Part shown: piece after piece, positions 28,204-37,541 of the stretch | How the letters are laid out: each line of letters begins with the position of its first letter | Position numbering within the stretch: position 1 is the first letter of the stretch | From: a virus | Lineage: Duplodnaviria; Caudoviricetes | Length of the DNA: 64,000 nt | Virus record (IMG/VR): IMGVR_UViG_2873063797_000002 | Direction: 5' to 3' (one strand) | Translations under genes and position numbers: made by a program | Notes under the pieces: model-generated | Databases searched by the model: none | What the model was told of the DNA's origin: nothing | Seen by the model: only the letters and a program-made list of their open reading frames with translations

Positions 28204-29385
28204 ATGCCCGAAATATGGATCACGGAAGCGGAGCGGCTGGGAGACGGCAGCATCGGCGGATCGATGGACACCCCGTCGGCGCCACCCCGCGTCGTCTGGC
28301 ACACCACGGAGTCGGGCGCCGGTAACACAGCCTTCAACGCCGTCGGCTCCTACCTCATCCGCGCGGCCTCTGAGCCGCACATCCTCTACGACCCCACCAC
28401 GGACCGCCTGGCGCAGTACGGCCCACTGAATCAGTCGGCGCGAGCCCTGGCGAACGACGGGTCGACGAGGACGAACCGCACCGGACGCGTCTGCATCCAG
28501 ATCGAGGTACTCGCCCGCGCCGGCAAGCCCTTCACCAGCTACTGGAAGCCGGGCCCAAACTTCCGCGCCCTCATGCGCGCCATCCGCTCGTGGGGAGTCC
28601 CGGACACCTGGCCCGCCGGCTCCTGCGCCCCCGGCGCCTCTCGCCCCCGCACCACGTGGGCGACGAGAGGAGGGCACTACGGTCACTGCCACATCCCGGG
28701 TAACGATCACTGGGACCCGGGCAACATCGACCGTTCCGCCATCCTGAAGGCCGCGGGAGGAAGCGGCACGGCTCCGCAGGGCGGCAGCTCCGGCGGCTCG
28801 TCCGTCGCCCGCTATCAGGTGACGATCGGTGGCCTGAAGTACGGCTACGGCGCCGAGGGCGCGCACGTGACGGCCGTGGGCAAGGCTCTCGTCGCGCAGG
28901 GATGCTCCGCCTACTCCGACGGCCCGGGGCCGAAGTGGACTGACGCGGATACCAAGAGCTACCAGAAGTGGCAACGCAAGCTGGGCTACTCCGGCACCGA
29001 CGCCGACGGAGTCCCGGGGGAGTCCTCCCTGAAGCGGCTACTGGGCACCCTGCCCGGAGCCTCGAAGCCGGCAGCTCCGAAGCCTCCGGCGAAGCCCACC
29101 GTCGACCTGTCCAACGTGGTCGCTGCGGCACGTCGTGACCCGGGCCTCCGCCAGGGCGGCACGACCCACGCGGCTGACGTCCGCATCGTCGAAGCAGCGC
29201 TGAAGGCGGAGGGCCTCCTCTCCTCGACCTACGCGGGCGACGGCTCCTTCGGCTCGACGACCGTTGCGGCGTACCGCAAGTGGCAGCAGCGATGCGGCTA
29301 CACCGGCTCCGCGGCCGACGGGATTCCCGGCGAGGCGTCCCTCGAAAAGCTGGGCGCGGAGCGCGGCTTCAAGGTCAAGGCGTGA
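28204..29385 (+). CDS. Endolysin (amidase plus two peptidoglycan-binding domains)
   Basis: VVWHTTE, CIQIE, HYGH...NDHWDPG; repeated ADGxPGxxS. Confidence 0.9.
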   Translation: MPEIWITEAERLGDGSIGGSMDTPSAPPRVVWHTTESGAGNTAFNAVGSYLIRAASEPHILYDPTTDRLAQYGPLNQSARALANDGSTRTNRTGRVCIQIEVLARAGKPFTSYWKPGPNFRALMRAIRSWGVPDTWPAGSCAPGASRPRTTWATRGGHYGHCHIPGNDHWDPGNIDRSAILKAAGGSGTAPQGGSSGGSSVARYQVTIGGLKYGYGAEGAHVTAVGKALVAQGCSAYSDGPGPKWTDADTKSYQKWQRKLGYSGTDADGVPGESSLKRLLGTLPGASKPAAPKPPAKPTVDLSNVVAAARRDPGLRQGGTTHAADVRIVEAALKAEGLLSSTYAGDGSFGSTTVAAYRKWQQRCGYTGSAADGIPGEASLEKLGAERGFKVKA

Positions 29386-29392
29386 GCGCCTC

Positions 29393-29695
29393 GTGGAAAT
29401 CCTGATCGCCATCATCGGCGCCATCGGCGTCATGGGTGCGGCGGCAGTGACGGCGTCCATCCCCCTCATCAACCGCCGCACACGCGGGGCTGTGGAGGCG
29501 GAGGGCGTCGTCACCCGGGAGGCCGTGGCGGAAGCCGTCACGGCCCTTGGGTCCCAGCTCAATGCCCGCATCGAAGACGTCCGCGACGACCTCGACGAGG
29601 TCCGCGAAAACCTAGCGCGCGTCCGCGAATGGCAGGCCGGCCACGACGCCGAACACCTGCTCATCGGACGCACCCAGCCACCACGAGGAGAATGA
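29393..29695 (+). CDS. Membrane protein after the endolysin (holin/spanin-like)
   Basis: N-terminal TM helix plus coiled coil. Confidence 0.6.
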   Translation: MEILIAIIGAIGVMGAAAVTASIPLINRRTRGAVEAEGVVTREAVAEAVTALGSQLNARIEDVRDDLDEVRENLARVREWQAGHDAEHLLIGRTQPPRGE

Positions 29696-31360
29696 ATGGC
29701 CATCCCCGCCGGCATCGCGACGGTTGTCGTCACGGGCCGATACATCCGCCCCGACGGGTCGCCACTGACGGGGACCGTCACCTTCGAACCACCTCCGCGC
29801 CTGACCTTCCCCGACGCTGACACCATCAGCGCGGGCGCTGCCACGGTGGCGCTGGACGGTGACGGCGCGTTCCTGGTGACGCTCATTGCGACCGACGTCC
29901 CCGGGATGCAGCCGGAGGACTGGACGTACACCGTCACTGAGCGCATGGCCAGAGCGCCAGAGCGCACCTACCACGTCGCACTTCCCTCCGCCACGCCTGC
30001 CGTCGACCTGGCGGACATCGCCCCCGCAGACCCTGCGCACGGAGATTACGTCCTCATCACCGGCCCCGCGGGGGCGGACGGGGAGGACGGCACGCAGCTC
30101 CTGAGCGCCTCTGGCGCACCGACGAACGGACAGGGCGCCGACGGTGATTTCTACGTCGACACCACGCCCGGGGACCCGACGCTCTACGGCCCGAAGGCGG
30201 GGGGCACTTGGCCCACGGCCGGCATCTCCTTGGGACGTCAGCCCGACAGAGGCGTCTACGTTCCGCGCGGCTGGGGCGAGCACTGGCGGGCGAAGAGAGA
30301 CGCTGCCGCAGCGGGCAAGGCAAAGATCATCTTCATGGGTGACTCCGTGACGAAGGGCTACTACGTCAGCAACCTCGTCACGAAGAGCTACCCGGGCGTT
30401 ATCCGGACCGCCCTCCAGACCGCCTACGGCGACGGTGGGTCGGGCCTCTACTCCGTGAACCGGTCCGCGGCCATCGTCGGCGCGAAGCCGGAGGCCGTGG
30501 CTGCGTGGTCGGCCAACGGCTCCATCATCGCCACCACGGGCACGTGGACGGATACCGACCTCTACTACGGCCCCGGCATCTCCAGCATCTACGCGACGGC
30601 TGCGGCAACCGCCACGTTCTCCGTGCGCGGAACCACGCTCAAGATCTACACCCTGGCGGGCGTCAACACCCCGAACGCCGGCTACACGTACTCCATCGAC
30701 GGAGGCGCTCCCGTCGCAGTCCCTGACCCGGGCCTCTCCTCCGGGTCGACGAGGACGACGACCGTCACCGGCCTCTCCGCCGGAAACCACACCGTGGTCA
30801 TCTCCTACAACGGCTCCGCTGGAGCCCGACTCCAGCTCATCGGCGTCAGTGCCGAGAACAGCACGGGCGTGGTGGTCGACAACGCGGGACGCTCCGGAGT
30901 CCGCTCTGACCACTACGCCGTCAGCGGCACGGGCAACACCCTATGGCACGGCGGCAGTCTCAACCCCGCTGACCTCGTCGTCTACTCCCTGGGGCTGAAC
31001 GACGCCAACCAGAGCGTCGCGCTCGACACGTGGGCGAACAACACGTATCAGATCCTGAACACCATCAAGGGCGCGGGGAACGGTGCGACGGATCTCCTGA
31101 TCCTCCTCCAGCACCGCGGGAGCTTCGCGAGCACCCCGTACTCGCAGTACGGCGCCAGGGCGCGGGGCATCGCGGAGGAGTACGGAGCCGCCCTCATCAA
31201 CCTCTGGCCGATGGGGCGCAACAATTACACCTACTGGAGTGAGCTGGGCTACTGGGGCACCGCAACCAACCCCGGAGCGGCAGGGGCGGACACGGTCCAC
31301 CCTTCCGACGCCGGCCACCAGTACATCGCGGACCAAGTGCTCCCTCTACTGATGTCCTAG
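29696..31360 (+). CDS. Virion-type protein with a C-terminal SGNH/GDSL hydrolase domain
   Basis: MGDSVTKG (block I), GRSG, LGLND and DTVHPSDAGH motifs; phage tail-type N-terminus. Confidence 0.8.
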   Translation: MAIPAGIATVVVTGRYIRPDGSPLTGTVTFEPPPRLTFPDADTISAGAATVALDGDGAFLVTLIATDVPGMQPEDWTYTVTERMARAPERTYHVALPSATPAVDLADIAPADPAHGDYVLITGPAGADGEDGTQLLSASGAPTNGQGADGDFYVDTTPGDPTLYGPKAGGTWPTAGISLGRQPDRGVYVPRGWGEHWRAKRDAAAAGKAKIIFMGDSVTKGYYVSNLVTKSYPGVIRTALQTAYGDGGSGLYSVNRSAAIVGAKPEAVAAWSANGSIIATTGTWTDTDLYYGPGISSIYATAAATATFSVRGTTLKIYTLAGVNTPNAGYTYSIDGGAPVAVPDPGLSSGSTRTTTVTGLSAGNHTVVISYNGSAGARLQLIGVSAENSTGVVVDNAGRSGVRSDHYAVSGTGNTLWHGGSLNPADLVVYSLGLNDANQSVALDTWANNTYQILNTIKGAGNGATDLLILLQHRGSFASTPYSQYGARARGIAEEYGAALINLWPMGRNNYTYWSELGYWGTATNPGAAGADTVHPSDAGHQYIADQVLPLLMS

Positions 31361-31379
31361 AAGATCTTCGCTCCTCTGC

Positions 31380-31410
31380 GTCACATCCGTCCCGGATTAC
31401 GACACAACCC
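31380..31410 (+). promoter_or_regulatory. Class A phage promoter motif GCGTCACATCCGNNNGGATTACGACAYAAC (also at 34215, 39721, 52434; shortened variant at 5381)
   Basis: Near-identical intergenic motif upstream of the dNMP kinase, exonuclease, gp3 and sigma genes. Confidence 0.75.
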
Positions 31411-31441
31411 CAGAGACAGGACGCAGAGGGGATGAGGACGC

Positions 31442-32038
31442 ATGAACATCGGCATCATCGGCCGCGCACGGGTCGGCAAGGACACCGCCGGCAAGTGGCT
31501 CGTCGACAACCGCGGGTACCGGCGGGTCGCCTTTGCGGACGCGCTGAAGGAAGCGGCGCTGAAGGTGGACCCGATCATCGGTTGCTTCGCCGACGAGGAC
31601 ACGCACGCTGCGACAACCGTGCGGCTGGGGGAGATCGTCCGCACGCTTGGCTGGGAGCTGGCCAAGGAAACTCCCGAAGTCCGCCGCTTCCTCCAGGAAC
31701 TCGGCGCAGCCGTTCGCGCCATCGACGAGGACTTCTGGCTCCGTGCCGCGATGAAGACGGTCATGGAGGCCAACGACGGCGGTGTCCCCGTGGTCATCAC
31801 CGACGTCCGCTACCCCAACGAGGCTGCGTCCCTGAAGCGCGCCGGCTTCCGCCTCGTCTACATGGAGCGCCCTGGGGTGCCTCGGATGGACCACGCGTCG
31901 GAAAACTCCCTGACACCTGCGGACGCCGACGACTACATCCACAACGCGGGCGACGTCGACGAACTTCACCGCATGGTCGAAGCCCTGTGGGACGACGTCT
32001 ACCGCGTCGAGTCCGCCCGCCATGTCAACCGCCTCTAA
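31442..32038 (+). CDS. Deoxynucleoside monophosphate kinase
   Basis: IIGRARVGKDT P-loop; FADALK, RRFLQELG, ITDVRYPNE, DHASE. Confidence 0.9.
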   Translation: MNIGIIGRARVGKDTAGKWLVDNRGYRRVAFADALKEAALKVDPIIGCFADEDTHAATTVRLGEIVRTLGWELAKETPEVRRFLQELGAAVRAIDEDFWLRAAMKTVMEANDGGVPVVITDVRYPNEAASLKRAGFRLVYMERPGVPRMDHASENSLTPADADDYIHNAGDVDELHRMVEALWDDVYRVESARHVNRL

Positions 32039-32053
32039 CCACGAAAGGCACTC

Positions 32054-32302
32054 ATGTTGAAGAAGCTCCGCACCTACCTGAACGACCTCACCCTCCGGGC
32101 CTACGTCCGTGCTCAGATCTTCGCCGCGCAGGAGCCCGTCCGCCTGCGTGCGGCCCTGACGTCGCTCGCCCTGGCCGGCGCAGTCTTCGTCCCCGGCCTG
32201 GCGCAGGAACACACTGCGTCGATGGTCGGCGGTGTAGCGGCCGTCGTCCTGCCCGTCCTCGTCGGTGAGAACGCCCGACGGAAGGTGACGCCGACGGAGT
32301 AA
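32054..32302 (+). CDS. Small membrane protein, holin-like
   Basis: Two hydrophobic segments; ARRKVTP tail common in actinophage holins. Confidence 0.55.
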   Translation: MLKKLRTYLNDLTLRAYVRAQIFAAQEPVRLRAALTSLALAGAVFVPGLAQEHTASMVGGVAAVVLPVLVGENARRKVTPTE

Positions 32303-32328
32303 CAACTGAGCTGCACTGAAAGCATCTG

Positions 32329-32362
32329 AGCCCCCTGGTTCTTCGGAGCCAGGGGGCTTTTT
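32329..32362 (+). terminator. Terminator ending the late region
   Basis: 13-bp stem, TTCG tetraloop and T tract. Confidence 0.85.
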
Positions 32363-32459
32363 GCGTTGTGGCGAAAGACGCTATACAAACGCCCGTTCGA
32401 ATCCCGCACCGGCCATCTCTTCATATCAAGGGAGGAGAGGGCTTTCATGCACACCGCAC

Positions 32460-32478
32460 GCGTAAAACGACTCACGTG
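32460..32478 (+). promoter_or_regulatory. 19-bp operator-like repeat GCGTAAAACGACTCACGCG (13 copies; see findings)
   Basis: Near-identical copies from 16038 to 60103. Confidence 0.85.
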
Positions 32479-32496
32479 CTTGACCAGAACTTGGGA

Positions 32497-32525
32497 GGTT
32501 GTGTGGTCGACATACGTCCTATACT
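32497..32525 (+). promoter_or_regulatory. Class B promoter variant (GGTTGTGTGGTCGACAT...TATACT)
   Basis: Same core as 55081, 57283, 59220 and 60108, with a shorter spacer. Confidence 0.6.
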
Positions 32526-32532
32526 CCGCGAC

Positions 32533-33159
32533 ATGCCGACCTCACCCGGCCCGCTTCTATCCGCTGTCAGCACGCTATGGCAGCGACTAAGGAGCAACGT
32601 GCCAGATCTACCCGACATTGTCCCCGCCGTGTCGCCGACCACCCGGCGACTGGACCACGGCCAAGAGCGGTGGGCACGCGACGAGGAGGGACGAGTATCG
32701 GGCCTCGTTCTTACCGTCGATGTGCTGCAAGAGGGCCCTGAGTGCGCCCTAGACATGATCCTCCACGATGCGGCGCACATACTGTGCTGGACGCGGGGGA
32801 TCGCTGAGACGACCATGCACGGCGTCTACCACAACGCCCAGTTCCTGACGGCCGCGGAGGAGGTGGGACTGACATGGCCGGAGGACGCCACACGCGTGCG
32901 TGGGAAGGGCTATCACACGCCCGTCCTCACCCCTGAGACAAAGGAGCGGTACGCGGAGAACATGAGGGAGCTGGAGGAGGCTATCCCTCTCGTCCTTCCG
33001 CATCTGGAGTTGCCGCCGACGTCGAACCGAGGCCGCGTCGATCGCCTCACGCTCCGCTGCAAGTGCAAGCCGGCACGGAGCTTCCGTATCTCCCGGACCA
33101 TCGCAGCTCAGGGAGCTATTCACTGCGCCGTATGCGATAACGATTTCACGGAGGACTGA
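32533..33159 (+). CDS. SprT-like zinc metallopeptidase-fold protein with HDxxH variant and C-terminal Zn ribbon
   Basis: ILHDAAH...YHNAQFLTAAEEVGL; CKC...CAVC. Confidence 0.65.
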   Translation: MPTSPGPLLSAVSTLWQRLRSNVPDLPDIVPAVSPTTRRLDHGQERWARDEEGRVSGLVLTVDVLQEGPECALDMILHDAAHILCWTRGIAETTMHGVYHNAQFLTAAEEVGLTWPEDATRVRGKGYHTPVLTPETKERYAENMRELEEAIPLVLPHLELPPTSNRGRVDRLTLRCKCKPARSFRISRTIAAQGAIHCAVCDNDFTED

Positions 33160-33251
33160 TCAACTAGAGCTACCGTGGGGTAAGGTCTCCCTAAAGTCAG
33201 TGCTTCACGGTACTCTGCCTCTGGCGGAGGTGCGTCTAGGGAGAGGTCGAG

Positions 33252-34028
33252 ATGAGCCCGAAGGAAGTTGCCCGACTGCGTGACGATGCGGCTGTAAAGC
33301 GCGTCAGTGCTGCGAGCGTCCAGGCCCTCGACCTCGAAACCATCGAGAACGAAGCGACTCCGACGCTCATCGCTCGTGGTGCCGCCTACGCTCGCGAGTA
33401 CGCCGCCATCGAACACAAGCCAGAGCTACTCGCGAAGAACATTGCTGTGGTTCTCCTGGCGCTGCGGAAGCGTCATGACGACTGGCTTGGGCGGATGGGT
33501 GACTACCGACGTGATGCGGCAGAGGTCTACAGCGCTGCCAACATCAGGGATCGAGAGCAACTGAAGCGGCTTCAGGCGAACGTGCGCTACCACGTCGGCA
33601 ACATGGTGCGCCGCCACCTCACCCCGCGGGAGCTGAAGGCGCTAGAGCTGAAAGACGCCTCGCCACTGGAGCGTCAGCAGGACCGGCGAGCGACGGACAC
33701 AGCCATTCTCCGCGCGACGAAAGTGGCGGCTGACGTGGAGGCTTCGACTCCGAAGACGTCGAAGGCAGCGAAGAAGCCGAAGGGCCAGGCCGCGGAGGAG
33801 ATCGTCCCCACGCAGGGCGGAGGTCCCGGTACCGGTGTCAAGGCGACTGCCGACCACCTACGCCTGGCTGAGGTCGCGGCCGGCATCGTCAGTAAGCTCG
33901 ACGTCGACGTCATCGACGGGCACATGACCGACGGTCAGCGTGCCAGACTCGACGAGGAGCTTGCGGAGATGGAGCGCACCGTCCGCCGGCTGCGCCGACA
34001 CCTGAAAACTCGCAGGTCAGAGGACTGA
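33252..34028 (+). CDS. Putative repressor/DNA-binding protein (positional analogue of phiC31 c)
   Basis: Basic helical protein between the late and early regions, behind an operator-bearing promoter; no recognised HTH. Confidence 0.4.
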   Translation: MSPKEVARLRDDAAVKRVSAASVQALDLETIENEATPTLIARGAAYAREYAAIEHKPELLAKNIAVVLLALRKRHDDWLGRMGDYRRDAAEVYSAANIRDREQLKRLQANVRYHVGNMVRRHLTPRELKALELKDASPLERQQDRRATDTAILRATKVAADVEASTPKTSKAAKKPKGQAAEEIVPTQGGGPGTGVKATADHLRLAEVAAGIVSKLDVDVIDGHMTDGQRARLDEELAEMERTVRRLRRHLKTRRSED

Positions 34029-34065
34029 TCCGCCTCCCCGTCGACCAGCCTCCCCGTCCTCCGCG

Positions 34066-34179
34066 GGCCAAACTCCAGGCCAAAGTGTCGAACTAACCCC
34101 TACTTTCACTTTCTCTCTATGCGCGTTAGAGAAAAGTTGAAAGTAGGGGTTAGTTTGCATTTTTGGCCTCAGTCTGGCC
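34066..34179. repeat. Long AT-rich nested palindrome, copy 2
   Basis: Perfect 18-bp AACTAACCCCTACTTTCA/TGAAAGTAGGGGTTAGTT; AGGCCAAA/TTTGGCCT; centre TGCGCGT. Confidence 0.9.
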
Positions 34180-34282
34180 AGTGGAGGAGGACGCGGAAGA
34201 TCTTCGACGGCCCGCGTCACATGCGCTCCGGATTACGACATAACCCATGTGTAAGCCACTGACGGACTGCACAGGGAGCCAC

Positions 34283-35086
34283 ATGGCAGGCGTGAGCACC
34301 ATCAAGCGCGGCGACAGCCGCTTCTACATCGACCCCGACGACGGCGACATCAAGGTCCCGGGCGTGACCAGTGTCGGCAGCATGCTGCCGAAGGACTACC
34401 TCATGTACTGGTCCGCGAAGGAGGCTGCGGAGGCGGCCGTCACCAACTGGGACATCGTCTCCCAGCTCGTCCAGCGTGACCCTGCCGGCGCCGCCGACTA
34501 CCTGAAGAACGCGCACCGGCGGAAGTCGAAGGCCGCGAGTGACCTGGGCACCGCCGCGCACGACTACTTCGAGCGACTCGCGCGAGGCGAGACGGTCAAC
34601 GACCGCTCCGTCCACATGGACGTGAAGCCTCACGTCAGGTGGTTCCGCGAGTTCCTCCAGGAGGTTCAGCCGGAGTTCCTCTACATGGAGGAGACGGTGT
34701 GGAGCGACAGCCACCGCTACGCCGGCTCCTTCGACGCCATCGCGAAGGTGGACGGGGAGGTCGTCATCCTCGACTGGAAGACGTCGAAGTCGATCTACGA
34801 CTCCGTAGCCCTCCAGCTCTCCGCCTACCGCTACGCGGACCGCATCATCCTCGCGGAGTCGGGGGAGTCGGTCGATGTCCCGGAGATGGTCGGCGGAGCC
34901 GCCCTGCACGTCCGCCCGGAGGGCTGGGCGCTGCACCCGGTGAAGTGCGACCGCACGGTGTTCGACACGTTCCTCCACCTCCGCGGCGTCTTCGACTGGG
35001 AGAAGGAAGGGAAGAAGAAGGTCATCGGCAAGCCGATTGCCTCCGGTGGAGAGTTCGTTACCGGCACTCAGAGGAGAGCGGCGTGA
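34283..35086 (+). CDS. PD-(D/E)xK exonuclease (RecB/Cas4-like)
   Basis: VPGVTS, LGTAAH, YAGSFDAI...ILDWKTS, QLSAY. Confidence 0.85.
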   Translation: MAGVSTIKRGDSRFYIDPDDGDIKVPGVTSVGSMLPKDYLMYWSAKEAAEAAVTNWDIVSQLVQRDPAGAADYLKNAHRRKSKAASDLGTAAHDYFERLARGETVNDRSVHMDVKPHVRWFREFLQEVQPEFLYMEETVWSDSHRYAGSFDAIAKVDGEVVILDWKTSKSIYDSVALQLSAYRYADRIILAESGESVDVPEMVGGAALHVRPEGWALHPVKCDRTVFDTFLHLRGVFDWEKEGKKKVIGKPIASGGEFVTGTQRRAA

Positions 35087-35622
35087 GCGGGACGAAGAGC
35101 ACCTACCTGGGCCATGAGACGACGTTGACGGAGTACACCGACCCGGTCCGTGTGGAGCTGACCACCATGGGGCGCGGCCCTGTTGCGATGGAGGAGAATT
35201 CCAGCGGGCAGCGCTGGACCTTCGATATTCCAGGAATGTCGTGGTACGCGCTTCGGGGCCACATCCGCGACACTGATCCCGTCCGTGCGGAGCTGGAGAA
35301 GTCTCTCGACGACGCCCGGAGTACCATCGAGCGGCTCAGCGACGACCGCGACCACTGGGAGCAAGAGGCGGAGAGCCGGCAGAAGGAAGCCGACCTCTGG
35401 AAGTCCCTCGCCGCACGTCAGGACAACACAGCTCCGCTCCGCACGGAGCTGGACAGCGTCAAGCGCGAGCGCGACTACTGGCATGGTCGGTTCGAGGGCG
35501 CTCAGGCGAACGCGGAGTACGTCCGTGAGCAGTACGGGCGCCCGGACGAAGTCGACGAGCTGAAGGCCGTCATCGTCAGCCAGGCGCGGGAAATCGCGCG
35601 ACTGAAGGGGGAGAGCGAGTGA
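35083..35622 (+). CDS. Coiled-coil hypothetical protein
   Basis: GTGA coupling; heptad-rich. Confidence 0.6.
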   Translation: MSGTKSTYLGHETTLTEYTDPVRVELTTMGRGPVAMEENSSGQRWTFDIPGMSWYALRGHIRDTDPVRAELEKSLDDARSTIERLSDDRDHWEQEAESRQKEADLWKSLAARQDNTAPLRTELDSVKRERDYWHGRFEGAQANAEYVREQYGRPDEVDELKAVIVSQAREIARLKGESE

Positions 35623-35792
35623 GCAAGTACGGCGAAGGCGTGCGCGAGCCGTTCGCAACATCGGGACTCATCAACGTCAGCATCGAGGACTACGACGGCA
35701 GCAGTCACACGAGTATCCATCCCGACGAGGCCCGTCTCCTCGGGCTCCGCCTGATCAAGATGGCCGACGAAGCGGAGGCGCAGGAATGGTGA
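35619..35792 (+). CDS. Small hypothetical protein
   Basis: GTGA coupling. Confidence 0.5.
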   Translation: MSKYGEGVREPFATSGLINVSIEDYDGSSHTSIHPDEARLLGLRLIKMADEAEAQEW

Positions 35793-35923
35793 ACGACGCT
35801 CCTCCTCGTCCTGGGCGCTGACGCACTGGCGGTCGTGACGTCGAAGTTCCGCAAGTAGCACCAGTCGCACACGCGGGGCGTCCACACCGGGCGCCCCGCT
35901 TCGCATGCACACAGGAGGAGAGC

Positions 35924-36118
35924 GTGAAACGACTTACGCGACACCTGGCCGTCGTCCTGGCCCTCGTCGCCGCCCTGGCCATGCTCGCGGCCTGCGACAT
36001 CGACGACACCGCTCAGCCGTCGTGCGTGGAGGTCGACGTCGACGCTCCGAAGGTGAAGAAGCCGACGGGCCCGAAGATCACCGCCCCCGCACTGCGCATC
36101 CCGACGAAGAGGAAGTGA
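35924..36118 (+). CDS. Small lipoprotein
   Basis: Signal peptide with LAAC lipobox; AGGAG RBS; start overlaps an operator copy. Confidence 0.6.
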   Translation: MKRLTRHLAVVLALVAALAMLAACDIDDTAQPSCVEVDVDAPKVKKPTGPKITAPALRIPTKRK

Positions 36119-36275
36119 CATGGAAGGCGCCGGAGTAGTCATCCTGATTGCCCTGATCCTCCTGCTTGCGTCCAGTCACAAGCCGAAGAAGTAGCGCCAA
36201 CCACACACGCACGGCCTAGCCCCCGGTTGCCACGGCGCCGGGGGCTTTCGGCGTAGGACGACACAGAGGAGAGAC

Positions 36276-36473
36276 ATGATCAACGGCGGAACCACCATCC
36301 ACACGGCCGACGGATCGACGGTCAACGTCACCCCGCGGGGCCTGGAGTACGACCTCCACGTCCGTAACGCCAGGGGCGAGACCGTCGCCACGGTGGTCAT
36401 GAATCAGGACGACCTCGACGCCCTCTACGAGGAGCTGGACGCGCACACGACGGTGGAGTGGGAGGCGGCATGA
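36276..36473 (+). CDS. Small hypothetical protein
   Basis: GAGGAG RBS; coupled to the next gene. Confidence 0.6.
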   Translation: MINGGTTIHTADGSTVNVTPRGLEYDLHVRNARGETVATVVMNQDDLDALYEELDAHTTVEWEAA

Positions 36474-36961
36474 GTCTGCACGTGCGACCGCTGACCCTGA
36501 AGGAAGCTAACGCCCTCGTCGGCTCCTGGCATCGGCATCACCGTCCCGTGGTGGGCCACCGATTCAGCATCGGTGTGTTCGACGAGGGAGGCGCCCCTCA
36601 TGGAGCGGCCATAGTCGGCCGGCCTGTGGCGCGGGCCGTAGATCAAAGCGCCGTCGCGGAGGTCACAAGACTTGTGACGGACGGGCACAAAAACGCGTGC
36701 TCGATGCTCTACGCGGCAGCTGCGCGGGCGGCGTCGGCGATGGGGTTCGAGCGCATTCAGACGTACACCCTGGCGTCGGAGCCTGGCACTTCGTTGCGCG
36801 CTTCCGGGTGGGTGCTCGACGGGACCACCCGGGGCCGGTCGTGGTCGTGCGAGTCCCGTCCTCGCGTGGACACGCACCCCACGGAGGACAAACAGCGATG
36901 GGTGCGTGTTCTGAATCCGGGTTGGCAGGCGTCCGACAGCGACAGCCGGGAGGCGGCATGA
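36470..36961 (+). CDS. XF1762-family protein (GNAT/Mom-like)
   Basis: HRHH, AIVGRPVAR, EVTRL, NACSMLYAA and ITY/QTYTLASEPGTSLRASGW motifs. Confidence 0.75.
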   Translation: MSLHVRPLTLKEANALVGSWHRHHRPVVGHRFSIGVFDEGGAPHGAAIVGRPVARAVDQSAVAEVTRLVTDGHKNACSMLYAAAARAASAMGFERIQTYTLASEPGTSLRASGWVLDGTTRGRSWSCESRPRVDTHPTEDKQRWVRVLNPGWQASDSDSREAA

Positions 36962-37215
36962 CGAAGCGCGAAGCACTGATCCTCACCCTCGCCGGCTCCC
37001 TGGCAACCTCCGGCATCGGCCGCTACGAGGAGCACTACGCCAGGGCGGAGAGGCTCGTCGACGAGGTGTTGGCGGAGGGAGCGCACGAGTTGGCGGAGGA
37101 GGGCCGGAAGTTTGTCGGTCCCCGCGCCTACCTGGGCGAGCCGGACCACGTTACGCGCTACGTCGCCGGCTGGCACGACGCTCTAAACCGTATCGACCCG
37201 GAGGTGTCCTCATGA
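36958..37215 (+). CDS. Hypothetical protein
   Basis: ATGA coupling. Confidence 0.55.
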   Translation: MTKREALILTLAGSLATSGIGRYEEHYARAERLVDEVLAEGAHELAEEGRKFVGPRAYLGEPDHVTRYVAGWHDALNRIDPEVSS

Positions 37216-37541
37216 TGGACCACGTCACCCGACAGATGATCATCGTCAACCAAATCCTGGAGGAGCGCGACGCACAGGACGCCCTCTTCGGCCGGCAGGA
37301 CGACCTACCGAACGGCACGGGGGCGGAGGAGATGAAGCAACTAGCCGACCGCTATCGGTACGCCTGTGATGCAGCGTTCGCGGCTGGAGAGGGCACCCTC
37401 CGGCACGTCTTCCTGGAGGAAGTGTTCGAAGCCATGGCGGAGTCCGACCCCGTCAAGCTCCGCGCGGAACTACTCCAGGCCGTCGCCGTGGGCGTGAAGT
37501 GGCTGGAGGCCATCGACAAGCAGCAGGAGGAGAGCCAGTGA
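37212..37541 (+). CDS. MazG-like all-alpha nucleotide pyrophosphohydrolase
   Basis: LEEVFEAMAE...RAELLQ acidic helix pattern. Confidence 0.55.
   Translation: MMDHVTRQMIIVNQILEERDAQDALFGRQDDLPNGTGAEEMKQLADRYRYACDAAFAAGEGTLRHVFLEEVFEAMAESDPVKLRAELLQAVAVGVKWLEAIDKQQEESQ

Noticed and set aside
23910-31360. Diversity-generating retroelement in the tail genes
   Set aside because: No reverse transcriptase and no adenine-specific TR/VR repeat pair were seen.
32368-32532. Longer start for the SprT-like ORF
   Set aside because: It overlaps the terminator, operator and promoter; the ATG at 32533 just after TATACT fits a near-leaderless start.
35793-35858. Hydrophobic peptide frame continuing after the TGA of 35619-35792
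   Set aside because: Too short and has no start codon; readthrough cannot be told apart from a decayed microgene.
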